A stretch of 64,000 bases of DNA from Sphaerodactylus townsendi (taxonomy: Eukaryota): NCBI RefSeq assembly GCF_021028975.2, contig NC_059430.1:61380001-61444000 (forward strand), given 5' to 3'. The translations under genes were made by a program, and so were the position numbers. Of the stretch, positions 11,551-23,585 are shown in pieces. The notes under the pieces are model-generated. The model saw nothing but the letters and a program-made list of their open reading frames with translations, was not told the origin of the DNA and did not search any database. Within the stretch, counting starts at the first letter, position 1. Each line of letters opens with the position of its first letter.

Positions 11551-13180
11551 ACCCGGTTTGGTTCACGGACTTGTTTTCTATAAGCTGCCTATAGACGAGG
11601 CGGTAACAGAGAACGGTCCTGTAGGCACCGCCCTAAAAGTGGACTGGGGAGAAGCAAATGCCTGGAGGATGAAAGGATCATCGGATCATCAAAGCAGGAC
11701 AGTACTCCGTGCAATCACATTATCTGCATCCAAAGAAGCTGAGGCTGACCGGCATGCACTTTCTCCATTGGGATGCACGATTGTTTTGGTGTTGCCGGTA
11801 GACTAAGACATGCTCTATAGTTTTATGATTGTTTTGTTTCATTCTAATTCAAAAATCATATGAATTCATGAGGAGCCGTTTAAAATCATCTGGATCCTCG
11901 TTTTACCTAGACCCAGAAGTATGCAAGATTGGTTTAGGACAGCTGCAAGCCAGTTTGTAGTGCAAGAACTTTGTAGTATTTTATGTATTTCATTTTATTC
12001 AATTTCTGTGTTACTCTTACAGGCTTTGGGTGGTTATAAAACATATAACCGTAAAACCATAAATTAAGTGGCCAATTAAAACCTCATTTTGCACCCCTAC
12101 TTAGAAATAAGTATTGTGCTTTACTTCCTTGTAAAGTAATAATAGAAATAGTCTGCTAAAACTCACAGTAAATTAAAAGTTGGTGGTTCTGAAACAAATC
12201 ACATTGTTGCAAGGACATTGTTGCAAGGACTTTAGCCTTCACTCATAACTGGAAACAAATAAAGGAGTGGCAAATGTATTGAAAAATAGTCTTGCAATAG
12301 TCTTCCAGCAGTCTTCAAATGCTTACCTAGGGGCTCTTAGCTGAACATTGGGGCTGTAGTGTGGGCTCCTCACATTTTTCTGTTTACATGCAAGGAGGCA
12401 TTAACTGCCTCAGCAGCTTGTTTGCAAAGTCTCAAGGGCCTCTGCTTTTCCGCCCATCAGATCCCTCTTTAAGGCACAGATCTCATCACATTATTTTCAA
12501 GATTGCTGGCTTTGTTAAAGCCCTTTGAATTGCAGTTATATCAATATACTTGTAAATTTCAGTTATATCAACATTGTGGCCCCTTTCCAAAAATAATCCC
12601 TCCAAAAGAAAGAGGCAAAGCAATTTTTGGACTATATTCTGCTGAAGAAAGGGATCATGTCCTAGAACTGATATTCTCTCCCCACACACTCGTACTTCCT
12701 GCTGCTGCCACTGCAGGAGAAGAGAGAGGCTTGTTATTGAATGGTTAGCCCACCATTCATAATTCGTCCTACAGAGATCCGCCCCCTCCACCAGCCTGTT
12801 GTTAATTGCAGTGGCTCTGGAAGTGAGAGTGCGAGAGAAATCGTTGATCCGCGTGTTGCTGGGGGTGGATGTTTGATAGGATGATTGCTGGCCTAGGCAC
12901 TCCCCACTCAAACAAGCCCTCTACTCAAAAATACTGTCAGGAAACTAATATATAAGCTGCCACCAATTCTGAGGTAAAAAAATATGGAACTTGGGGAGCC
13001 TTTTAAAAGATAAAACAATACTAGATTTTATTTTACAAGCTTTCTTTCCCAGGTTGTTGTTACAGAGAGGTACTTACAAAGTCTAACACACACACACTCT
13101 TTTATCCCTTGCTGGTTTAGGATCAATACCAAGCAAACAATTAAATGATTCCAGACACTTTGTAGATTTCACTGAATAAA

Positions 13181-13186
13181 TTTATT
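13181..13186 (-). terminator. Probable XPOT poly(A) signal AATAAA
   Basis: tttatt ~540 nt downstream of the XPOT stop, at the end of an AT-rich 3'UTR; alternatives at ~13310 and ~13464. Confidence 0.5.
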
Positions 13187-13722
13187 TTTGTATAAAAATG
13201 TAGAACTATCCTTTTTATCAGCGCCATTTATAACTCTGCTTTGTAGCATACACTTCAGTATTAAGAATTCTCCAATAAAATGACTATCTACAAAATGGAG
13301 TTTGATTGTTTTATTTTATATCACCAGACATGAACAGATGAATTCATTTTCTAATCTGCAAATATTTTACTTAGTTATTTAAAAATGTACACAATTTATA
13401 ACCATTGCTAAGGACTTTGAAGGAATTTATACATTATTAAACTTCAAAATAAAAAGTAGGTAATTTATTTCTGCTGTGCTACTTACAGCATACAGTTTAC
13501 CCTATAAAGTGTTTTTAAATAGGTAGGCCAACAAGTTGAGTTGTCCACATAGCATATGTGTATCAGCCAACACAATGCAGGTTTCATTTTACACAAAAAG
13601 GCTAAAATGCATATGATGTAAGCACAAAGCAACATCATTCAGTCTGAATGGCACAGAACTTAGAATTCATATTGATATCTGGTGTTCCTGATTATGGGAA
13701 GCAGAAGATTCCAGAAGACTTC

Positions 13723-13749
13723 TTAGGGTCTTGCTCTTTGAAAGAATAC
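13723..13749 (-). CDS. XPOT: XPOT exon 25, last coding exon (VFFQRARP*)
   Basis: cag acceptor, TAA at 13725-13723; matches the XPOT C-terminus. Confidence 0.93.
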   Translation of the reverse strand, partial: VFFQRARP

Positions 13750-14519
13750 CTGTTTTCATAAAAGTGTAGATTATATTAGAATTTAAGAAAACCCAGATGA
13801 CCAGCAGTAAGTCAAAAGTCAAGCAGGCAATTAGAATGTCATATCACAGTTCCCTAGACATTTTTTAAACGGGCAATACATTAGGAATTGTTAAGGGCTG
13901 CCCACAGCAGGGTAGACAATAGTACAATTACATCAGCCATTGTACACAGTTCAAAGAGACAGACTTTAATTTAGTATTTCAGATTAATAAGTGGTTGGCA
14001 ATTGTAGCTAATATGGCCATATAGTGATGATGCCATAAAACCTCTGTCTCAGATAAACACTTCTGGGAACATGGGTTGGAGGGGAGAGAGCTAGAGAGAG
14101 GCACTCATGGTGGACTGGATTCACATTGTTAGCATAACTTTTCTGAAGCCTACATTGCCTTGACATACTTCATTCGGAATCAGCTAGTTCCAACTAGTCA
14201 GGCTCCGTTGATTTGTTCGTTCCTACTCACCACAAAAAAGCTACCATAATAAATCTGAACCTAGATCATGCCTCATCTGCATCAACTTATCCTAGAAAAA
14301 CTGTCAAGAGTTTAATTTTCATCCCTAGCTCTTGCACTAGTGTTAGAACTCAAGACTTTCAGTTGCAGCAGAAAGGCAAGAAGCAAGACAGAAGGTGTTC
14401 ACAAGCAGAACTCTCATCACTAAACTGTTGGAAGTAAAACATTAGATATAACACATTCAAGCAAATAAAAGCCAAATTAAAAGTCACCAATACACGCACA
14501 CACCAGTACATAAATTTAC

Positions 14520-14576
14520 CTTTAAGTAGTTTTTAAAAACTTTAGCATCAGGTTGCTGAAGTGCTTGACAGAATTC
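14520..14576 (-). CDS. XPOT: XPOT exon 24 (EFCQALQQPDAKVFKNYLK)
   Basis: AG/GT boundaries, 57 bp in frame. Confidence 0.95.
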
Positions 14577-14968
14577 CTATAAAAATAGTCAAGTTTAACA
14601 TTTGGTTATACAGTGAGATAAGTATTTCCCAGCAACACTCTGACCTCCCAAACCCTGGACAGGTTGTATTAGTCTGTCTCCTAGATGCTAACTGCATTCT
14701 TGGAAAGCTGAATCCAACATAAATGGCTACTGTAGGGACCAAAGATAGGTATTCTACTGCTATCTTAACTGTCCCATGTGCCATGAGTTGTGCCTCTAAA
14801 CTAAATTTCTCTCACAACGAAGCTTCCTGGGCAGATGATTATTCATGCTGTCACTTTACTATAGATTTTACTTGAAGTGTGCCAAGCATTAAACTCAGGA
14901 AAACCTACTTGATTAAACTTCAGGGTTTGCCCAAGTAATCCCAGATATCAGGTAGACAGAATTCTTAC

Positions 14969-15040
14969 CTGTATTATTTCAGGCGATACCTGTAGTGAAG
15001 GCAGATATTCTTGCTGAAGATAATGAATACATTCAAGGCC
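14969..15040 (-). CDS. XPOT: XPOT exon 23 (GLECIHYLQQEYLPSLQVSPEIIQ)
   Basis: AG/GT boundaries, 72 bp. Confidence 0.95.
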
Positions 15041-15585
15041 CTAGAAAAAATACATCTAGTGTTTTGAAAGTGGTTTGATATATTTTCTTATTTTTTACCT
15101 TAAACTATACCTTTTTTTTTGCTGGAACAATTACAGATAAGGCTAAAGTAGCCAAAGCAGAACTCCAAGGACTATCAAGAAGTAGCAGACAGCCTCTACT
15201 GCAAAGAAAGAGAGAAATCCTGGACGGTATAGTTGTTTTTGTATTTTGCAAAGTTAGTTACATTTTGCAAAGTTAGTTACAAAATTACAAACCATCCACA
15301 CTGTCATAACCTGACATATGTAGCTTCAAAACTCTGGCAAAATTTGACACTCCTCTGTAACTCTAGTAGTCTGACTTACTACTGGAAGCAGTCAGGCTTC
15401 TTACATTAAGGGGTGCCATAAAGGTACAGAGGCCAAAGAGTGGCATAAAAGCAAGACACCACTCTCCCCAAAGTGGATGATAGTTAATTTTGGGATCTAC
15501 CTTGTGTGTCAAGGAGGATGGCTGAACTTTTCCCCTGGTCCTAAGGTGTGCCTGGCTAGACAATAGGGTTGGCTATTCACCACAA

Positions 15586-16189
15586 TGTTATCCTAAAGTG
15601 ATTTAATAGTTCTCCAAGCAGACCATTATTTACCCCAGGAATCAATCAGTTTTCAAGGGTCATGACAACTCATCATTCATTCAAACCCCAGAAAAGCAAT
15701 CAATTCTTTGTCTCTGGCTTTCCAGCCAGTTTACTTCATCCCAGAACCCATTTTGAAGTATAAATATTGGTTCGTTGGTCATTTGTAGTGTACGTGTGTT
15801 CTAGATCTGAGCCTGCATCCCCACTTGCGTGTTCAGCTCTTTCCTTAGCTCCTAGTTGTTTTCCTCTTCAGGGCTGCTTTCCTGGGATGTCCCTTCAAGT
15901 GTGATAACTATTACCCATCCCTGAAACCCTATCCAACTTCCTTCCTTTTCCCTTAGTCAGCTCTCGTATGTTTTGTGTGCACGTATGTTCATTGCTTAAA
16001 ATTTATTTCTTGTTTTACAGTATTTATTCTTTAATAAAATCCATTTTAGTTGTTCAACTCCTGCTAATTTGAAAGTTTTCCCCCAAAACTATCTTGATAT
16101 ACATAAGTTATCAATTCCAGTTACTCCTTCTCACTCTGTCTCCAGTTAATTTCTCCAACTAAAGTGGAGACTGCCTACTTAGGGTAACA
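15586..16189 (+). mobile_element. Probable solo LTR in XPOT intron 22
   Basis: TG...CA ends with terminal inverted repeats TGTTATCCTA / TAGGGTAACA, TATAAATA ~15759, AATAAA ~16033; no clean TSD. Confidence 0.55.
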
Positions 16190-16841
16190 CTACCCCATCC
16201 TTCTTGAATTTCAACTTCCTACTTACCCCACTGCTTCTCCTTTTTCATAACCTTTTTCAACTATCACTTCAACAGAGTCTTCAGGATGACTGTACCCTTA
16301 TCTTGACTAAACAAATTACTGACCCTTTTCTTTCCCTTCTGACATACAGTCTTCATCCTCCTCTTCACCTAATATATTCTGCAATTTCTATGGCTGAAGA
16401 CTGCCACATCTATGACCTGTAGAGAACCCTGGACTATAGTGGAGCTAAATACAATGTTACACGATAGTGATGTAGCTTCATAGACTTTCCTATGCTTAGT
16501 CTGCTACCATTATGCATGTTGTCCCTTACTAGCTCTTTCACAGACTATGGGAAAGATGAAGAATTTTAATTCTGCAAGAAAACTGGTAATTTAGCAGTGA
16601 CCCAGTTTATGGATGCATGTGTCCAGTTCATGCAACTTATTTCAAGAGACTGAATTCAGGAAGCTGAATTGCAAAGGTGTGAAAGAAACCTGACAATGAC
16701 ACCACTGAATCAAGCGAGCAAAAAGATAAAAGAAAAGGAATGTCTACAGCTTATTAAGGTATACGACAGTGATCCAAACAGCAGCAGATGCCCATACTCT
16801 GGCGGTAAGATATTAAACAACCAGCTTTGTGCTATTCTTAC

Positions 16842-16889
16842 CCTTTTGAGATGAATTGTTTTTAATGTCACTGCACACTCCGACAAAGC
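16842..16889 (-). CDS. XPOT: XPOT exon 22 (ALSECAVTLKTIHLKR)
   Basis: AG/GT boundaries, 48 bp. Confidence 0.95.
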
Positions 16890-17098
16890 CTATAGAAATG
16901 GAACAATAATATTTTACTGAATACTGAAGCATTAGCATTAGATGATTAGATGCAACACTCTACTTTACAAAGTCACTGTTTTATAGGCTTCATTAATCAA
17001 CAAGATTCCTGTAAATTGTATACATCCCCCTTAATCAAAACTCAGTCTTTGAGCATTTAGCAAGTACCTCAATGTAAACAATGTTCCAGAATACGTAC

Positions 17099-17214
17099 CA
17101 ATACTGTCTGTGCATCTGCTAAGTCAAATGTTTGCTTTAAAGGTGCTAAGAAACATGCAGGGACAATGTGTTTGTAGACAAAGTCAGCAAAGCCAACAGG
17201 TCCATCTTTGCCTC
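17099..17214 (-). CDS. XPOT: XPOT exon 21 (GKDGPVGFADFVYKHIVPACFLAPLKQTFDLADAQTVL)
   Basis: AG/GT boundaries, 116 bp. Confidence 0.95.
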
Positions 17215-17434
17215 CTATAAAAGCAGAAACAAACACAATCAAAGCCTCTAGACATGTTCTTATCACAAAGGTTCACTAACACAATAGGAAAAAAAGCCTT
17301 GCAATTGGGGTACCATTTACACTAGCAACGAATACTATAATGTTTGATGGGAAAATCATATCAGCAAATAAAAACACTTTTTATGCATAAAGACATAATC
17401 AGTCTAAGCAAGCATAGTATGAAGACAAACTTAC

Positions 17435-17551
17435 CCCAAAGTTCTACCAATTTTGAAAGAATAATAAAGCATGTTTTCTGAGCAATAGGGTCTGGGTAGT
17501 CCACAGCTCCTTGAATAATTGTGACTAATACATGTTCTACATTCTCTGCAC
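17435..17551 (-). CDS. XPOT: XPOT exon 20 (AENVEHVLVTIIQGAVDYPDPIAQKTCFIILSKLVELW)
   Basis: AG/GT boundaries, 117 bp. Confidence 0.95.
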
Positions 17552-17744
17552 CTAAAGAAAGCAAAGTTTGACTATATACCTTATTTGCAACAAAGAATAA
17601 ATTCTTCTTTGTCAGTCTATATTTGATGAAAGAAGACAAGCACAACGTTGGCCATAAATGTCATTATGAAGAAAGTTCTAACCTTATGGTTTCAAGCAGT
17701 ACATACCTAAACATTTTTCAGCCAGACTTATCTAAAACCAAATC

Positions 17745-18706
17745 AGCTCTATAGGGGTCTCTTCATCCAAGTAAGGGTATGTGGAATAGAACCTTGATTA
17801 TCATGTGAATTGTCTCCCCCTCTGGTACCTCACCTGACATGCTAGTCACTCCTGTGCGAGTCCCTCCTATGCGAGGAGACTTCTCTATCAGTTTTCCCCT
17901 GAGGAGCCAGGAAAGGGGGGCAAGGATATGGTGAAGAACAGGCATTAAAGGCGAAGACAAGCTCCCTCTGGTGCAAACGGCTGCCATTTTCCCCCTCAGG
18001 GTTTTCCTAATCTCATTTCTGAAGAATAATGTTCTCCCATCATTTACTCAAGTCAGCCCTCTTCAGGATCCAATTCTGACTTCTCACGAGTAAAATCAGG
18101 ACTGCTAGTCCTCGGTAGAGGCTCTGGCTCTCTTCTCAGTTGATTCAAAATGGGCCCATTGTTTCAGTGGATAAAATGGTGGGTGCTTCTCCTTTTCCCA
18201 GTTTGGGAGATATTCTATGCCTCTACTTGGTGGCGGCCCCCTGCTACTTTCGGTCTCAGGACTGCGCCTTCCCAGCCTGCGAGTCAACTGATGTTATGGT
18301 TCCCGAGCGGGAGGAGGAACTTCATGTTTCTCTTCCACACAAAGAAGTTGACATGATGGTGGGTGTGGCTGCTGCAAGGGAGAGGGTTCCTGTGTTTTAT
18401 CTTCCCCTGCTACAGTTAGGCAAGAAGGTTAAAATCTTCTCTAATATCGCACCCAAAGATTAAAGATCAGAAAATCAAGTAAAAGGAATAGAAGGTATAT
18501 CAGATAAGCAATTAGGAAGACAGAAAATTAAGAGTAGAAATAGCAAAGGCCCAAACCTAGCTCTAACATTGCACTTCCTATCTGAGGCAGGAAAAGCACT
18601 ACAGAAGGTAACTCCTACCAGGAAACAGGAAGAATATTCTTCCTGTCTCCCTACTGGAAGGTTGGGAATCACTCACTTGCAAGATGTCCTCCTAATTCAG
18701 TGGCGA
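17745..18706 (-). mobile_element. Probable DIRS-like retrotransposon 5' fragment
   Basis: Terminus TTCGCCACTGAATTAGGAGGACATCTTG resembles reptile DIRS ends; GC-richer than the flanking intron; no intact ORF. Confidence 0.4.
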
Positions 18707-18792
18707 ACAAAATCTCTTTGTTTGAATCAAAATTACTTCAATTTGTACCACTACTATGGAACTAAATTAATCTAACATGAGCCATTCCTCAC

Positions 18793-18982
18793 CCTGGTTT
18801 GCTATGACTTCACTCATTCCACTGCCAGTAACTGTTTGTAAAAAGGCAAAGTAACTCCTTCGTAGCATCTGTTTTTCCAAAGCAGCAGACTGGTCATTTT
18901 CCTCTGCCGGGCGGTGCAGGATTTCAAAAATAGCGTGCAGCAGTGGCATAAACATTTGTTGTAGAAATGGGGAGACTTGGGT
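18793..18982 (-). CDS. XPOT: XPOT exon 19 (TQVSPFLQQMFMPLL...SEVIANQ)
   Basis: AG/GT boundaries, 190 bp. Confidence 0.95.
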
Positions 18983-19342
18983 CTATTAAAGGGTGGGAAA
19001 AACCAATTGGTTAGCAAAATTATAACATGCATAAGAAAAAGGGGAAAAGGGAAAAAAGCTACCATTCTCAGTTTGATATTGTACCATTAACTTAAGTACA
19101 AGGAATTTAAATTGAAAAGCAACAATCCTAAGTAAATATACACATTATCAATAAAGTAAACTCTCAGTTCTAATTTTTAAATAACTCAAATTTATAAAAG
19201 AGCAGAGCATCTGTTTATCTCTCTCTAGTTTTCCAAAGATTTATAGAGATGAACTACATGACCTAGGATACTTTCCCACGCTTTAACAGTGACTATATAG
19301 TTATTAATCTCATTTCCACTTGTTTAGTCCTAACTGGTTAAC

Positions 19343-19430
19343 TTAGAATCATATAATCATAGAGTTGGAAGAGACCCCAGGTACCATCAAGTCCAATCCC
19401 CTACAATGCAGGAACACATAATCAAAGCAA
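19343..19430 (-). mobile_element. CR1 3' terminal fragment
   Basis: (AATCATAG)-type tail and catcaagtccaatcccc; matches the 5578 copy. Confidence 0.7.
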
Positions 19431-21135
19431 AACACTTGTATCTGAGTACTACAGTCACAAAATAAGAGCTGGCAGTATGCATTTGAAAGGGATGTCCAAC
19501 CTCCCAGACCTCCAAAACCCTGGTGATGGCAGTTGTGGGACTTGAGTGGACAAAAAGACACAACCCAGGCAGTCATACTAAGGAGGGAATATAAAGATAG
19601 TGGTGTTCCTGCTCTAACTGAACTTTTGCTCACTGAGGAAGGGGGGCAAAATTGCCTGAGTTCCCTCTCCTAATTACTGTGTGACTTGGTCCATATGGAT
19701 CTCACTGCTTTCAGTATCAGTGTTTTGGAGAAGTTCTCAGGAGTCTGCTAGGTATAGGGGAAAAAGGAGTCCACAGGACCCAAGATATATTTAGGCTTCC
19801 AGTTGTCTCATGTTCACAAAACCTTTATACAAAACAGAAGGTTTAGTAACAAATGTAACCAAACTACTTGACAATGCTTTCCATTAATCCACACAAGCGG
19901 CCCCATGAAGTCAATCATTATTTCAGCTTTTCAGTGTTTAGCTGTAGCTAAAATAAGGAACTGCCCAAGGATAACAATAAGCCTAGAGATCTAAGCCTAA
20001 GAGATTCATGTTTCAGTCCAAACAATTATCTGGACCATACAGGTTACATCAAAATACTGTTGTTAAGCTATTTTACATTTGTACGATTCAGAACAAAAAC
20101 CACACTAATTTTAACAGCATAGGTCACAATAATTTCACTGAGTTAGCCCTAAAAGAATAACTGTTAACAGACTTTTGTTTTTTTACTTTTCTGTTCAGAT
20201 TCTCAAACAGCAGCTCCCAGTTAAAAGTGCACAGAACTAGCTAGACTGCAGCTCCAGACCATATTTTACTTCAAGTTACTTCAGACATTCCTTGACTGCA
20301 CTATTTATGAAGCCCATACTCAGCCAACTGAACTTTCACAAACAGGTTGTGATAATAGTGTTTCCTTTTTTCCCTTCCTGGATCCCCAAATACAGAATTT
20401 AAGATGTGCAAAAACTGCTGTCCAACCATGGTTTCAATCAGAACATTTTTTTTTCATTTTTAACTCTTCAGCAGCATTTTGTGCTGCTATGTTGTGAGAA
20501 TGCAACAAAACTTTGTATAACAAACCACTTCTTGCCTTTTGCAACCTGCCTCTGCCAACTCTTACCCACTTAAATATTTAGATAAGAGATATTAGTCTAA
20601 GCCTGTTCAGTGAGTTCAAGCTTGGTTAAAGCCAGTCTGGCTTTTAGTTATGTTTGATATGCCTGATGCATTAAATTTGTGTACATACCTTTTATACTTT
20701 TGTCTTTTATACCTTTGCCATAAAACAGAAAAGACAAAACACTGTTCACCATCTTAAAAGAAACACATATTAAGAGCTAAGCCATTTCATTATAAAATTC
20801 AGGGAACAGACGCTTGATGATACTGAACTGCCTGATCCAAACCATGAAGATGTCTAGATTCAACATAAACTCTCTGTCCTTTAAGTAAGATTATTTCATA
20901 AACTTATCAAAAGTTTCATGATCATTTCTGCACTTCAGAAAATTTCTGTATGTTTGCAAATTAAGCATAGTAGCAATTATAATCCCTCTTCCAAATTAGT
21001 TTGAAAAACAAATCTTTAAAGGGACATATGCAAACAGGAATGCCATGGCTTTTTTTCTGAAGCCAGACATCCAAAAGATAAGAATTCCCTTTCAATGTTA
21101 AGCTTTTTGTTCTTGAAATGAAAGTGAACTCCTAC

Positions 21136-21421
21136 CTTGAACTTAGCTGTGATTTGGTTTACTAGAGGAATGAACTCTTGAAGGTCTTTAGCTTCACAGT
21201 CCTTGAGCATATGTTCAGAGGCTGAAGGGATGAACGGGAGAACTTCTTCCTCTAAGCAAATAATCATTCGGTGAAGAAAGGTGCGGACACCACTTCTAAG
21301 GACCTCCTTCTGCAAAGGACAGCTCAGAGCTGGTAAAAACGTTTGCAAGCAGTCCAGGTACACTTCAGAGCACCCACATTGTTTTACTGTCTGCTTGTTG
21401 CTGAAAGCTTTGCTAGTACGG
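21136..21421 (-). CDS. XPOT: XPOT exon 18 (RTSKAFSNKQ...NQITAKFK)
   Basis: AG/GT boundaries, 286 bp. Confidence 0.95.
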
Positions 21422-21490
21422 CTGTGGAAAAAAACAACTTTCTGTTAGCCCAAAAGTCCAGTTATCTATTCAGAAAGCAATCCACTAGAA

Positions 21491-22153
21491 CAGGGGTCCC
21501 CAAACTTTTTAAACAGGGGGCCAGACTGTTGGAGGGCCAGACTAAAAAAAACTATGAACAAATTCCTATGCACAAATGATGGTAAAATGTTTGATTTCCA
21601 CGCTTTTCAGCCACTTTTCATGTCATGGTCCTATTTTTTTAGATCAGTGACCAAAGAAAAGAGTAATGTCAAAAGTACAGAATTGGGCTCCAAATATTGT
21701 TGGGGAGGCTGTGGAATACCTTCCCCTGTAAAAAAAAAAAGCAGAACTTTCCCAATGAAGCATTCCATCTAACCCAGGATTAGAGTATCTTCCTGGGATT
21801 CTTCCTCCTCTAGCAGCCAGGGAAGGCGATTCACCAGCCTGGCTGCGATGCCAATGGGGAGTGAGAAGCGGAACAGAAGCACTAGGAGAGCAACACATGG
21901 AGTATGGCCGAGAGGGAAGAGGCGGAGCACTGGGAGTTGCCACGTGTAAGGTTTCCAACTCTGGGTCAGAAAATTCATGGAGATTTGGGGGTGCCATCAT
22001 GTAATTGCAATCAACAGCCGTTGGGGCCGGTTCCTCCTCTCCCTCGAGCCCCCACTGCACATGAATGGAGCCATCACCGCCATGCCTGGCGGGCCGGATA
22101 AATGCCTCCAGGGGGCCACATTTGGCCCCCGGGCCGTAGTTTGGGGACCCCTG
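21491..22153. mobile_element. hAT-Charlie non-autonomous element, OposCharlie1 (OC1)-like
   Basis: TIRs CAGGGGTCCCCAAACT / AGTTTGGGGACCCCTG; perfect 8-bp TSD CACTAGAA. Confidence 0.9.
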
Positions 22154-22662
22154 CACTAGAATGAGCCTTTTACAACAATCCACTTTCTTTAAAGACTGAT
22201 TTGAAAGACTGATAATTCCTGAAATACATGAAGCAGTTAGCCAATACCTTAAGTAATGCCATTACCTGTGTTCTGCGTCTGTGCTTTGAGTTTATGGAGA
22301 TTGTTCTGAAATGTTTAAACAACTATTTTTTGCCTTGGATAGCTAAAAAAGTATAACCCCCCTCCCCGCACACAAATATTTTCCCTAGAATTGAGAGGCA
22401 ACAGAAGCCATCTTCCACAAAGGTTATTTTTACTTTGGTAGTTCTCAAGCTCAGGAATTCACTTTTAAATGAATTCTACCCTCATGGGACCTTTATTTCT
22501 GTAACAAGGAATACAATATAGCATAAAAAAGAAACCAGAAGAAGATCATAGCTAAGGTATGCTCCTTCATGGACAAATATATGGAGTGTCTATTTCCATC
22601 TGTGGGTTTACGGACTCAGAGTCATTACTTCATTCACAATCTTGAAATGGCGTTGTTCCCAC

Positions 22663-22901
22663 CTTGCAAATCCAACAGCATGATTCAGACAATCAGCCAA
22701 TGCCATCTGTCGGTCCTCATCTTGTGCCATCATAAGCTTTTCTAAGAGTACTTTAAACTTCTCCATTAGAGGAGTCAAAAGATTTTTCATTAAAGCCTGC
22801 TTCCGTTCTGCAGAGTAGTCACTGTTCACAATTAGTACCCCAGCTGTCTCATAAATAAACAGTTGGTCATCACTGCTGAGCAAAGTCTGATAGCCATTTT
22901 C
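22663..22901 (-). CDS. XPOT: XPOT exon 17 (ENGYQTLLSSDDQLFIYETAG...HAVGFA)
   Basis: AG/GT boundaries, 239 bp. Confidence 0.95.
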
Positions 22902-23270
22902 CTGGAACCAAAAACAAAATAATATTCCATTTTTTTATTTTGCTCCTCTCCTCTACTTGTAGAATTCTATGGTGAAGAAAAAAGACTTCCTTGCACTACA
23001 AACACAATGCTAGTACAAACTTTATCCAACACCCTTCCACAGCAATCATCCAAGGAGAGATGGGGAAAGGCCATGGCTCAGTGGCAGAGCATCAGCCATC
23101 TCCAGTTAAAAGCATCCGTAAGCAAGCTTTTACATGTACATATTTCTGTTCCCACAGTTTGACAGCAGTGCTACAAATTAAGCAACTTGTTCCTCTTCCC
23201 AACCTTGATGGGCCTCATCCATCTGAACTGCAGGTTTACACCATTCATGTCCAGAATAAAAAATACTCAC

Positions 23271-23340
23271 TGGTGGAGAAAGTTCTAGTAGATCCTGTAT
23301 TCTGTTCAGAACATCCTCAATAAAAGGGTTCATTTGTTTG
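23271..23340 (-). CDS. XPOT: XPOT exon 16 (KQMNPFIEDVLNRIQDLLELSPP)
   Basis: AG/GT boundaries, 70 bp. Confidence 0.95.
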
Positions 23341-23585
23341 CTAAAGCATAAAATGGTAAGTTGAGTTTACATTTTTAAACCTTTCAAACCTTTTAACCTT
23401 TAAATTATTTTCAAACCAGTCTTAAATGTTAGTCGTTCAATAACAAAATAAAACTATAAAAATCTGTCATCCATGAGAATCTCACCTCACACTACAGAGA
23501 ACAGCATGACCTCCTCCTACACATTCCTTCTACTTATCATAATGGACTACATGCCACAGAGTGACCCATTAATATAAGTCTAGGA

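Larger units (their letters stand above)
11150..11640 (-). promoter_or_regulatory. TBK1 CpG-island promoter with ETS/GABP-like sites (cttccgg, cttcctg ~11493-11506)
   Basis: Strong CpG/GC enrichment at the 5' end of TBK1. Confidence 0.75.

Noticed and set aside
11216-11806. Overlapping ORFs of 60-184 aa
   Set aside because: Stop-poor GC-rich TBK1 promoter; no protein similarity recognised.
12486-12911. 141-aa - strand ORF between XPOT and TBK1
   Set aside because: Non-ATG start, no recognisable homology or exon structure.
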